Shown: piece after piece, positions 19,124 to 27,313 of the stretch | How positions within the stretch are numbered: the stretch's first letter is position 1 | How the letters are laid out: the number at the start of each line of letters is the position of its first letter | Source: Planctomycetota bacterium | GTDB taxonomy: Bacteria; Planctomycetota; UBA1135; UBA2386 | Assembly (NCBI GenBank): GCA_046290465.1 | Contig: JBKAGP010000001.1 | Span: 2,208,001 to 2,272,000, forward strand | Reading direction: 5' to 3' | DNA length: 64,000 nt | Program-made: the position numbers and the translations under genes | The notes under the pieces: generated by a model | Seen by the model: only the letters and a program-made list of their open reading frames with translations | Databases searched by the model: none | What the model was told of the DNA's origin: nothing

Positions 19124-19525
19124 TCAGCGTTTGGGGATGGTGCAGTTGCCTGCGTCGCAGCGGCGGCCGAACAGGCGGCCGAGCGGGACGCGGTAGCGCG
19201 CGAACAGGAGGTAGCCGAGGTCGGCGAACCAGCGCAGCACCGGCCAGCCGGTCGGCGCCATCACCCAGCCGAGGCCGGCCGCGGACCACGCGGCGCGGAT
19301 CGCGGCCATGCCCTCGACCACGGTGCCGTCGGCCCGCACGCCGTGCAGCCGCGCGTGCACCTCGTCGATGCCCAGCCCAAACTGCGCCGCGTCGAAGCCG
19401 TCCGCCGCGATGTCGATGGCGCCGAGCCGTCCGTGCCGATCCCGCCGCCGGAGCCAGTCGACCTCCAGCTTGCAGAACGGACACTCGCTGTCGTAGAGCA
19501 GCGTGAACTCGGGTTGCATGACCAT
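19124..19525 (-). CDS. DCC1/DUF393 thiol-disulfide oxidoreductase family protein
   Basis: LLYDSECPFC (DxxCxxC) N-terminus, Y..FARYR C-terminal motif. Confidence 0.9.
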   Translation of the reverse strand: MVMQPEFTLLYDSECPFCKLEVDWLRRRDRHGRLGAIDIAADGFDAAQFGLGIDEVHARLHGVRADGTVVEGMAAIRAAWSAAGLGWVMAPTGWPVLRWFADLGYLLFARYRVPLGRLFGRRCDAGNCTIPKR

Positions 19526-19670
19526 CGGTTCGCCCCTCCGCCCCAGCGGATGCGAACGGCCCCACGGTAGCCGCCGCGGCCACCCCGCTCCCATCCCCTG
19601 CGAACCGAATCCGGCCCCACGCCCCCCGAACCCCACGCCCCCAACCACAAGCCCCTTCGCCCTGCCGCTG

Positions 19671-19703
19671 GACTGGCCCCCTGGTCGGACTGGCCCCCTG
19701 GTC
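19671..19703 (+). repeat. Direct repeat with 17-bp period upstream of the FG-GAP gene
   Basis: gactggccccctggtc-g-gactggccccctggtc. Confidence 0.7.
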
Positions 19704-19721
19704 TGGCCTCCAGGGGACCCC

Positions 19722-20534
19722 ATGCAACCGAACCTCGTCCGCATCGCCGCGCTCGCCGCGCTCACCACCCCGCTGTCGGCCCAGTTCTTCGACGACCACC
19801 GCTCTGCGCTGCCGCGCGCGCCGGGCGAGATCAAGGACGTCTGGGTCGCCGACCTCAACCAGGACGGCGTGCCGGACATCGTGCTCAGCGACGGCCGCGG
19901 CGCGTTCTCCGGTCAGCAGTGGCAGCCGACCGACTACCAGGGCACCTACTCGGTCGCCATCGGCGACCTCGACGGCGACGACGACGTGCTGTTCGGCAAC
20001 GGCTCCACCAACGAACACCAGGACTCGGTCGTCACCAACCTCGGTGGCGGCCAATGGGCGTTCGCGCCGGCGACGGCCGAGACCGAACAGGAGGACACCC
20101 ACCAGGTCCTGCTCGGCGACCTCGACCGCGACGGCGACCTCGACTACGTCGCGATCAACTCGACCGGCTGGGCCACCACCGCGCTCCGCTCGCGGGTCTA
20201 CCGCAACCACACCCGCCAGCTCGCAGCACCGCTGCCGCCGCGCGTCGGCCGCGACTACGACCTCGAGGTGCACGGCGCACCGCTCGGCGCCGGCGTCTGG
20301 CTGTCGCTGCAGCCCGCCAACGTTGCGACCCCGCTCGGCGTGCTCGGCCTCGGCCCGGTCGGCCTCGGCCCGCTGACGACCCTGCCGGCCCCGACCTCGG
20401 GAACGGTCGCATCGCAGTCGTTCGTGCTGCCCAACGTGCCGGCAATGGCCGGCGTGACGCTCTACCTGCAGGCCATCGACGTCGCCACGCTGCGGCTCAG
20501 CAACACGCTGCACGAGACGTTCGTCGCCTGGTAG
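19722..20534 (+). CDS. Secreted FG-GAP/VCBS-repeat protein with shared C-terminal module
   Basis: Signal peptide LSA-Q; DLNQDGVPD, GDLDGDDD, GDLDRDGDLD repeats; C-terminal ..FVLPNVPAMAGVTLYLQA. Confidence 0.8.
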   Translation: MQPNLVRIAALAALTTPLSAQFFDDHRSALPRAPGEIKDVWVADLNQDGVPDIVLSDGRGAFSGQQWQPTDYQGTYSVAIGDLDGDDDVLFGNGSTNEHQDSVVTNLGGGQWAFAPATAETEQEDTHQVLLGDLDRDGDLDYVAINSTGWATTALRSRVYRNHTRQLAAPLPPRVGRDYDLEVHGAPLGAGVWLSLQPANVATPLGVLGLGPVGLGPLTTLPAPTSGTVASQSFVLPNVPAMAGVTLYLQAIDVATLRLSNTLHETFVAW

Positions 20535-20572
20535 CGCGCGCGCCGCGGCCCGCCTATAACGGTGGCCGCATC

Positions 20573-20992
20573 ATGGAACTGGTCGAAGTCGAACTCGCGC
20601 GCGTGGTGATCCACCAGAAGGGGGATCAGCAGTACATCCACCTGCGCGAACGGCACGGCCCCCGCGGCTTCCCGATCGTCATCGGCTACAACGAGGTCGA
20701 GGAGATCAACCGCAAGCTGTGCGGCGTCGAACCACCGCGCCCCCTGACCCACGACCTGGTCGGCCGCATCCTCAAGAGCCTCGACCACCGCCTGCACCGC
20801 GTGATCATCAGCGAACTGCGCGAGGGCACGTTCTACGCGACGCTGATCCTGGTCCCGACCGGCGAGGACGCGTCGACCGGCAACCAACGCACCGTCGACT
20901 GCCGCCCGTCGGACGCGATCGCCCTGGCGGTGCAGACCGGCGCCCCGATCCACGTCGCACGCGACGTGTTCGAAGCGGTCGCGGCCGACTAG
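20573..20992 (+). CDS. Bifunctional nuclease family protein (DUF151)
   Basis: FPIVIG, RPLTHDL, FYATL, DCRPSDAIALA; TATAAC -10-like hexamer just upstream. Confidence 0.93.
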   Translation: MELVEVELARVVIHQKGDQQYIHLRERHGPRGFPIVIGYNEVEEINRKLCGVEPPRPLTHDLVGRILKSLDHRLHRVIISELREGTFYATLILVPTGEDASTGNQRTVDCRPSDAIALAVQTGAPIHVARDVFEAVAAD

Positions 20993-21079
20993 GTCCGGGT
21001 CGCGGCCGAGTGGCGCTCGGTGCGACGACGCGCTAGCGTGGCGCGCCGCGAACGGGCCAGCATGGGCCCGCGCCTGGAT

Positions 21080-21169
21080 GGTGGGATGGCCGAGCGGCTG
21101 AAGGCACCGGTTTTGAAAACCGACGTAGGGTCAAACCTACCGGGGGTTCGAATCCCTCTCCCACCGCCA
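21080..21169 (+). tRNA. tRNA-Ser(TGA)
   Basis: GGTGGGATGGCCGAGCGG..CCGGT-TTTGAAA-ACCGA, long variable arm, GGTTCGAATCC, CCA end. Confidence 0.97.
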
Positions 21170-21258
21170 TTCAACCCTCTGGTGGTCGGCCCGCACCGAC
21201 CGCCGTTCCTGAGCAACGCGATCCTCGACGTCATCCAGTAGGCCTGGCCCGCGCCCCG

Positions 21259-22164
21259 CTACCGCAACACCGCCACCACGGGCACGTGGTCGCTCGGCCA
21301 GCGGCCACCGGGTCGGCGAACGTCGATCTCGCACGACACCACCTCGAGCCCGGCCGTCACCAGCACGTGGTCGATGCGGCGGTCGCCGAGCTCGCGAAAG
21401 CCCGTGAACGTCCCGATCTCGGCGGCGCCTGGATGCGCCGCGCGCCACGCGTCCACCAGCAAGGCCGGAGGCGTGCCGACCAACGCGCGCAGCGGCGGCG
21501 CTGCGGGGCCGGCGTTGAGGTCACCGAGCAGCACCACCGGATCCGACGTTCGACGAGCGGCGATGTGGCGCGCGAGCAGCCGCGCCGACTCGAGCCGGGC
21601 CGTGGTGCCGCGGTGGTCGAAGTGCGCGTTGTAGACGTAGAAGGCGCGGCCGCTGCCGCGTTCGAGGAGCCTGGCATACGTCGCGATCCGCGGCAGCGCC
21701 GCGTCCCAGCTCTTCGAGCCGATGCGATCGGGTTGCTGCGACAGCCAGAACGTGCCGTGGTCGTCGTCGTCGAGCCGCCACCGCGACGTGCGGAACAGCA
21801 GCGGGCACGCCTCGCCGCGCTCGGGGTCGACTTCGCGCGTGCGCGACAGAACGGTGAACTCGGGCAGCTGTCGGCGCAGCCAGGCGACCTGCTCAGGTAG
21901 CGCTTCCTGCAGGCCCCAGACGTCGCGTTCGCGCAGCAGCTCGACGACGAGGTGGCGCCGCTTCGGCCACGCATCGTCGCCATCGCGCGCACCGGAGTTG
22001 CGGATGTTGAACGTGCCGATGTCGATGGCGGCGGTGCGCGGCGAGGACGCCGCATCGCGCTTCGCGCCGGCACAGCCGGCCAGCGCGACGACGAGTGACA
22101 GCACCGCGGCCAACGTGCGGACACGGTGCCTCGGTGGAACAGCGGCGAGCCGACCGTCAAGCAT
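21259..22164 (-). CDS. Endonuclease/exonuclease/phosphatase family lipoprotein
   Basis: LAGC lipobox, TFNIR, GLQE, GTFWLS, NAHFDH, GDLN, IDHV, SDH; start uncertain. Confidence 0.9.
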   Translation of the reverse strand: MLDGRLAAVPPRHRVRTLAAVLSLVVALAGCAGAKRDAASSPRTAAIDIGTFNIRNSGARDGDDAWPKRRHLVVELLRERDVWGLQEALPEQVAWLRRQLPEFTVLSRTREVDPERGEACPLLFRTSRWRLDDDDHGTFWLSQQPDRIGSKSWDAALPRIATYARLLERGSGRAFYVYNAHFDHRGTTARLESARLLARHIAARRTSDPVVLLGDLNAGPAAPPLRALVGTPPALLVDAWRAAHPGAAEIGTFTGFRELGDRRIDHVLVTAGLEVVSCEIDVRRPGGRWPSDHVPVVAVLR

Positions 22165-22442
22165 GACGCGGAGCATCGACGACGCCGGCGGATCGGCGCG
22201 GCAGCATGTGGCGCGAGGCGGTGCCGTGGTGCATCGCGCTGGCAGCCGTGATCCCCGATCAGGATCGACGCGAGCATGCGACGTTTGCCCCCTTCGAGAC
22301 GGACCTTCGCGTCGAGCGGCACCGCCGAGCCGTACCGTCAAGCCTCGTCGTCGAGCTGCCGTACCCGCGCATCGACCATCCCGGCCACGGCGACCACAGT
22401 TCCACCGCCAACTTCCCCGACCGATCGGGCATAGTCACGCCC

Positions 22443-25010
22443 ATGACGCTCTCCGGCAACGCGGACGACCAGGAGCTGCTGCTGACGCTGGCGCGGCGGG
22501 CGTTCGACCTGATGGACGAGGGCAAGGAGGTCGATCCGGCCGAGATCTGCGCCGCGCACCCGCACCTTGCCGGCCCGTTGCGCGACGTGCTCGGGCTCAA
22601 CGACGCGCTGCCCGATCTCAGCCGCGAGGCGAAGCACGGGGACCCGCTGCAGGGCATGGTGCTCGGCCAGCGCTACGAGCTGTCGACCTGCCTCGGGCGC
22701 GGCGCGATGGGCGTCGTCTACCTCGCGCAGGATCGCGAGCTGCGCCGCGAGGTCGCCGTCAAGATCCTGGACGCGCGGCTGTTCCGCGACGAGCAGGCGG
22801 AGGCGCGCTTCCAGCTCGAGGCCGAGGTGCTGGCGGCGCTGCAACATCCCAACGTCGTCGCCGTGCACGACCGCGGCCGCACCGAGGAGGGCGTGCACTT
22901 CCTGGTGATGGAACGGCTTGCCGGCACGACGCTCGCCGATCTGCTGCGCACCATCACCGACGGCACCGATGCTGGCGCCGCCGTCGCCGAGGCGCTCGAC
23001 GAGCCGCCGACCGAACGCATGTGGCCGCGGCAGGTCGCCAGCTGGGCGCGCGATCTCGCGGCGGCGCTCGGCACTGCGCACCAGCGGCAGCTGGTGCACC
23101 GCGACGTCAAGCCGTCCAACGTGTTCGTGACGCGAAGCGGCCGGCCGGTGCTGCTCGACTTCGGCATCGCGACGCGGCAGACCGACGCGCGCCTGACCGC
23201 GACGCACATGACGCTCGGCACGCCGTGGTACATGGCGCCCGAACAGATCGGCGCCGACCCGACGCGGTCGACGCAACCGACGCTCGACGTCTACGGCATG
23301 GGCGCGACGCTGTTCCACCTGCTGTCGAAGCGGCCGCCGTACGAAGGCGACGTCACCACCGTGCTGGCCGCGCTCAAGGACCAGGACCCGCCGCCGCTGC
23401 TGCAGCTCGTGCCCGACCTGCCGCACGACCTCGCGGCGATCACCGAGAAGTGCCTCGAGCGCAACCCGGACGACCGCTACCGCGACGGCCACGAGCTGGC
23501 GCGGGACCTCGACGCGTTCTTGCACCACCAGGCGGTCTCGGCGCGGCCGATCGGCACGATGGCGCGTCGGTTGCGGCAATGGCGGCGAGCGCCGGCGCGA
23601 CCGCTGGCGATCCTGTTGACCGCGCTGCTGCTGCCGATCACCGTGGTCGCGCTGGTCTACTGGCAGGACGAACGGCAGCGCACCGCGCGGCAGCAGAAGC
23701 TGCAGCTGTATGCGACCGAGCCGACGCTGCTGGCGATCGAAGGGGCGCCGCACGAGCGTGCGCTGCCGGCGATGCAGCAGCAGAACGAGGTCGCCGTCGC
23801 GTTGCTGGACCGGATCCTGGCGCTCGACGGCCGCGACCTGCCGGCGCGGCTGCGGCGCGCCAGCCTGCTGCTCGACCTCGATCGCAGGAGCGAGGCGGTC
23901 GCCGAGATGCGCACGATCGCCGACCAGCAGGGCGGCGCGTGGTTCGCCGCGCTGGCCGATCGCTATGCGCGGCACGACCGCGACCAGCAGGGCGTGCTGG
24001 CGATCGACACCGACGGCCTGCCGGCGCCCGCGACGCCCGAGGAGCACTACGCGGCCGGCTTCCTGGAGCTGCGCCGCCGTCACGTGCCGGGCTATGCCGG
24101 CCGCGCCGAGCCGCTGCTGCGACGGGCCGGCGAGGCGTTCCTGCCGGCGCGCGGCCTGCGGCTGTTGGCGCTGGCGTCGCTGGCGGAGACGACGCGCGAC
24201 CGCGCCCGGCGCGAGGCCTACCGGCAGGAGCTCTACGACGAGTGCGTCGCGCTCGAGGAGACCTACGGCATGCAGACGGCGCGCACCCAGACGATGCGCG
24301 GCACGGCGCTGCTGCTGGCCGGCGACTTCGCCGGCAGCGAACGGTTCTTCCTGCGTTCGATCGAGCTGCGGCCGGACCGCCATCCGCCGCACAACAACCT
24401 GGCGATCGCCTACCGCCGCCTCGGCCGGCTCGCCGACGCCGAACGGCACCTGCGCGAGGCGCAGCGCATCCTGCCGTTCTCGTGGCGGACCAAGTACACG
24501 CTGGCACAGGTGAGCCGCGACCTCGGCAAGCTCGAAGCGGCTTACCAACAGGCGCGCGGGTTGCCCGACAACGGTCCGCCCGGCGCCGACTGGCGGCAGT
24601 CGCGGCTGCTGGCGAGCATCGCGCTGCAGCAGGCGATGCGCACGTTCCGCGACGATCGCGCCGCCGCCCGCACGTTCGCGACGCGGGCGGCCGACCACCT
24701 GCGCAAGGCCCTCGCCGTGCGCGAGTCGGCCACCGACCAGCTGCACCTGACGATGCTCGACGCGATCGCCAGCGACGCCCCGTCGACCAGCGCGATCCCG
24801 TTCGCGGCGGCGCTGCTCGACGACCCGATGCAGCCGCACGGGCTGCGCAACCTCGCATTCCTGCTGCCGGCCGAGGGGCTGGACGCGGCCCAGACCGCGT
24901 GGGTCGCGGCGATCCTGCGCAAGGTCGCGGCCGAGCTGTGCGACGGCAACGAGGCCCTGCGGCAGGAGCTGCTGCAGGAGGTCGAAGCCGGGCTGCAGAA
25001 GTTCCGTTGA
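22443..25010 (+). CDS. Membrane Hanks-type Ser/Thr kinase with C-terminal TPR-like repeats
   Basis: LGRGAMGVVY, VAVK, HRDVKPSN, DFGIA, GTPWYMAPEQ; TM helix; TPR-like PHNNLAIAYRRLGR. Confidence 0.92.
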   Translation: MTLSGNADDQELLLTLARRAFDLMDEGKEVDPAEICAAHPHLAGPLRDVLGLNDALPDLSREAKHGDPLQGMVLGQRYELSTCLGRGAMGVVYLAQDRELRREVAVKILDARLFRDEQAEARFQLEAEVLAALQHPNVVAVHDRGRTEEGVHFLVMERLAGTTLADLLRTITDGTDAGAAVAEALDEPPTERMWPRQVASWARDLAAALGTAHQRQLVHRDVKPSNVFVTRSGRPVLLDFGIATRQTDARLTATHMTLGTPWYMAPEQIGADPTRSTQPTLDVYGMGATLFHLLSKRPPYEGDVTTVLAALKDQDPPPLLQLVPDLPHDLAAITEKCLERNPDDRYRDGHELARDLDAFLHHQAVSARPIGTMARRLRQWRRAPARPLAILLTALLLPITVVALVYWQDERQRTARQQKLQLYATEPTLLAIEGAPHERALPAMQQQNEVAVALLDRILALDGRDLPARLRRASLLLDLDRRSEAVAEMRTIADQQGGAWFAALADRYARHDRDQQGVLAIDTDGLPAPATPEEHYAAGFLELRRRHVPGYAGRAEPLLRRAGEAFLPARGLRLLALASLAETTRDRARREAYRQELYDECVALEETYGMQTARTQTMRGTALLLAGDFAGSERFFLRSIELRPDRHPPHNNLAIAYRRLGRLADAERHLREAQRILPFSWRTKYTLAQVSRDLGKLEAAYQQARGLPDNGPPGADWRQSRLLASIALQQAMRTFRDDRAAARTFATRAADHLRKALAVRESATDQLHLTMLDAIASDAPSTSAIPFAAALLDDPMQPHGLRNLAFLLPAEGLDAAQTAWVAAILRKVAAELCDGNEALRQELLQEVEAGLQKFR

Positions 25011-25046
25011 CAGCGGGGCCGCCCCACCGGGCCCGCCGCGCGTAGA

Positions 25047-26546
25047 ATGCCGCGCATGTCCATGCTCGCACGGCTGACCACCTGCGCCGCGATCAGCGCG
25101 GCCCTCGCGACGGCGCCCCGCGCCCAGAACGACGAGTCCCGCGGCCTGCTCGCCGGCGCCGCTACGACGCTGCTGGTCGACGGCGGCGCCGGCGGCGCGT
25201 CCGACAGCGACACGCTGGTGCACCCCAACGGCTTCTCGCAGGCGGCACCGCTGACGTTCGCGGCGAGCAACATCGGTGCACCGAGCCTGGCGAGCGTGTT
25301 CGCGTTCCACGGCAACCCGGCCGGCATCGACGTCGACGCGTTCAGCACCGGCCGCGACGACCTGCTGATCGACACGCTCGGCGAGCTGTCGGTGCCGCCG
25401 CTCAGCTGGAGCGTCTGGTCGTTCTCGCTGCGGGTCGGCGCGGTCGGCAAGGTCGGCTCGCGCATCGAGGCGGAGGCGCAGAACGGCGCGGTCGGCGCGG
25501 CGTTGTTCTCGTACGTGCTGCCTGGCAGCAACCTGCCGCCGGAGGTCGTCGACGTGACCGAGCGCTCGCACTCGCGCAAGGACCTCGGCGTCGGCAACGG
25601 CCCCAACACCGAGGTCGACGGCCTCGACTTCCCGCTGATCCTCGGTCGCGACCAGCAGCTCAACGCGGGCGGCCCCGGGGTCGCGATCGAGCCGGGCTTC
25701 GCGCCGCTGCTGTCGATCCCGGAGACGATCTACTTCTCGGTCACCGACGCGTCGAAGCACAACGTGCCGGCGGCGTGGTGGACGACGCTCGGCGGCGTCA
25801 CCACCGCACCGAGCGGCGCGTCGATCCTGTGCTGCTTCCGCAGCGCGTTCGGCAGCCCGTGGACGGCGCCGCGCGTCTACCTGCCCTACTACGAGCTCGG
25901 CCTCGGCGTGCACGAAGACCTCGACGCGCTGGCACTCGACACCGTTCGCGACAACGTCGTCTACTCGGTCGAGGGCACGCTGCGCGACCAGTTCTTGTTC
26001 TACTACTTCGGCACCGACGACGGCGGCGCGCCGCCGGCGACGCCGGTGACGAGCAACGGCCAGAACGTCAGCGACAAGGTCGGCAAGGCGTCGATCGACG
26101 ACGTCGACGCGATCTGCACGCTCGATCCGGTGATCGGGTCGATCGGCACGCCGCCGCCCGGCGGCGACGACTTCGGTTCGTCGTGTGGCGCACCGCAGCC
26201 GGGCCTGCTCGGCGTGCCCGAGATCAGCGGCTCGGCCTATCGCCGCTATGAGAACGGCACCACCTACGTCGACACGTTCCTGGTCGGGTGGCCGCCGATC
26301 GCCGGCCGGGCGCCGGGCTTCGCCGCCGCGTTCCTGACGATCGGCAACTCGATCCAGCTGCTGCCGATCGGCGGCATCCAGGTGCGCGATCCGAGCAACC
26401 AGATCGCCGGCGACCCGCGCACCGCGACGTTCGTGCTGCCGGCGACGATCGCGCTGAGCAACTTCGACTGCACCTGCCGCTGGGTCGCGCTCGACTTCGT
26501 CACCGCCGAGATCGCCGAGGCGTGGCCGGTGCGCATGTTCCTGTGA
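25047..26546 (+). CDS. Secreted protein with shared C-terminal module
   Basis: Signal peptide ending PRA-Q; repeated DVDA/EVDG/DLDAL units; C-terminal FGSSCG...FVLP...RWVALD. Confidence 0.82.
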   Translation: MPRMSMLARLTTCAAISAALATAPRAQNDESRGLLAGAATTLLVDGGAGGASDSDTLVHPNGFSQAAPLTFAASNIGAPSLASVFAFHGNPAGIDVDAFSTGRDDLLIDTLGELSVPPLSWSVWSFSLRVGAVGKVGSRIEAEAQNGAVGAALFSYVLPGSNLPPEVVDVTERSHSRKDLGVGNGPNTEVDGLDFPLILGRDQQLNAGGPGVAIEPGFAPLLSIPETIYFSVTDASKHNVPAAWWTTLGGVTTAPSGASILCCFRSAFGSPWTAPRVYLPYYELGLGVHEDLDALALDTVRDNVVYSVEGTLRDQFLFYYFGTDDGGAPPATPVTSNGQNVSDKVGKASIDDVDAICTLDPVIGSIGTPPPGGDDFGSSCGAPQPGLLGVPEISGSAYRRYENGTTYVDTFLVGWPPIAGRAPGFAAAFLTIGNSIQLLPIGGIQVRDPSNQIAGDPRTATFVLPATIALSNFDCTCRWVALDFVTAEIAEAWPVRMFL

Positions 26547-27181
26547 GCGGCGAGTGGCAGCAGCTGCAGCCGGCCATCGCCGCGGCGGCGCGCGGCGACA
26601 AGGCGGCGCAGGACCGCGTCGTCGAGCTGTGCTACGAGCACGTGCGCAAGGTCGTGCACCGCGACCTCGACCGGGACTTCCGCAAGAACCACGGCTGGAT
26701 CATGCCGTTGTTCAGCACCCATGACGTCGTGCACGAGGTGCTCGGCAACGTCGTCGCCGAGCTGCAGGACACGTCGTTCGAAGGGCCACAGCGGTTCTAC
26801 GCCTACCTCGGCACGCTGGTGCGGCACCGCCTGCTCGACGCGGTGCGCTTCCACGAGGCGGCGCGTCGGGACGTTCGCAAGCAGGCGCACGAACCGACCG
26901 TCGGCATGGCCGCGGTCGCGCGCGACGACCGCGAGGCCACGCCGACGCTGGCCGCATCGCTCGGCGAACGCGCCGGCATCGTGCGCGAGGTGCTCGACGA
27001 GTTTCCCGAGCGGCAGCGCCGTCTGCTCGAGATGCGCCTGCTCGAGGACACCAGCTGGCCACGCATCGCCGAACAGCTCGGCTACGCCAGCGACGACACC
27101 GCCCGCCAGGCCTTCCGCGGCGCCCAGGTCCAACTCCTCGTCAAACTCCGCATCCGCGGCCTCGGCAAGACCAGTCCGTGA
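26543..27181 (+). CDS. ECF RNA polymerase sigma factor (kinase-associated)
   Basis: GTGA overlap; AARGD.AA, STHDVVHEV, F..YL..LVRHRLLD, region 4 IAEQLG..DTARQ. Confidence 0.85.
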   Translation: MSGEWQQLQPAIAAAARGDKAAQDRVVELCYEHVRKVVHRDLDRDFRKNHGWIMPLFSTHDVVHEVLGNVVAELQDTSFEGPQRFYAYLGTLVRHRLLDAVRFHEAARRDVRKQAHEPTVGMAAVARDDREATPTLAASLGERAGIVREVLDEFPERQRRLLEMRLLEDTSWPRIAEQLGYASDDTARQAFRGAQVQLLVKLRIRGLGKTSP

Positions 27182-27250
27182 GCTTGGTTCCGGGAGCTGT
27201 CCTCACCAACCACCGGCGGCGCGTCGCGCCAGCGCGGCAGCCCCCCAACG

Positions 27251-27290
27251 CAAGAACCCCGGCCCCGGGCATCGGCCCAGGAGCGGGGTT
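27251..27290 (-). terminator. Probable intrinsic terminator of the hydrolase gene
   Basis: Imperfect GC hairpin aaccccg..cggggtt followed by CTTG on the minus strand, between convergent genes. Confidence 0.45.
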
Positions 27291-27313
27291 GGCGAACGGT
27301 CCAGCCAGCGCGA

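Noticed and set aside
21080..21169. Selenocysteine or suppressor tRNA because of the TGA triplet
   Set aside because: TGA here is the anticodon that reads UCA (Ser); tRNA-Sec has anticodon TCA
22206..22442. N-terminal extensions given by the ORF track (also for lpxK, nnrD, murD, ABC ATPase, fbaB and others)
   Set aside because: Downstream starts coincide with stop/start overlaps or family N-termini; the extensions look non-coding
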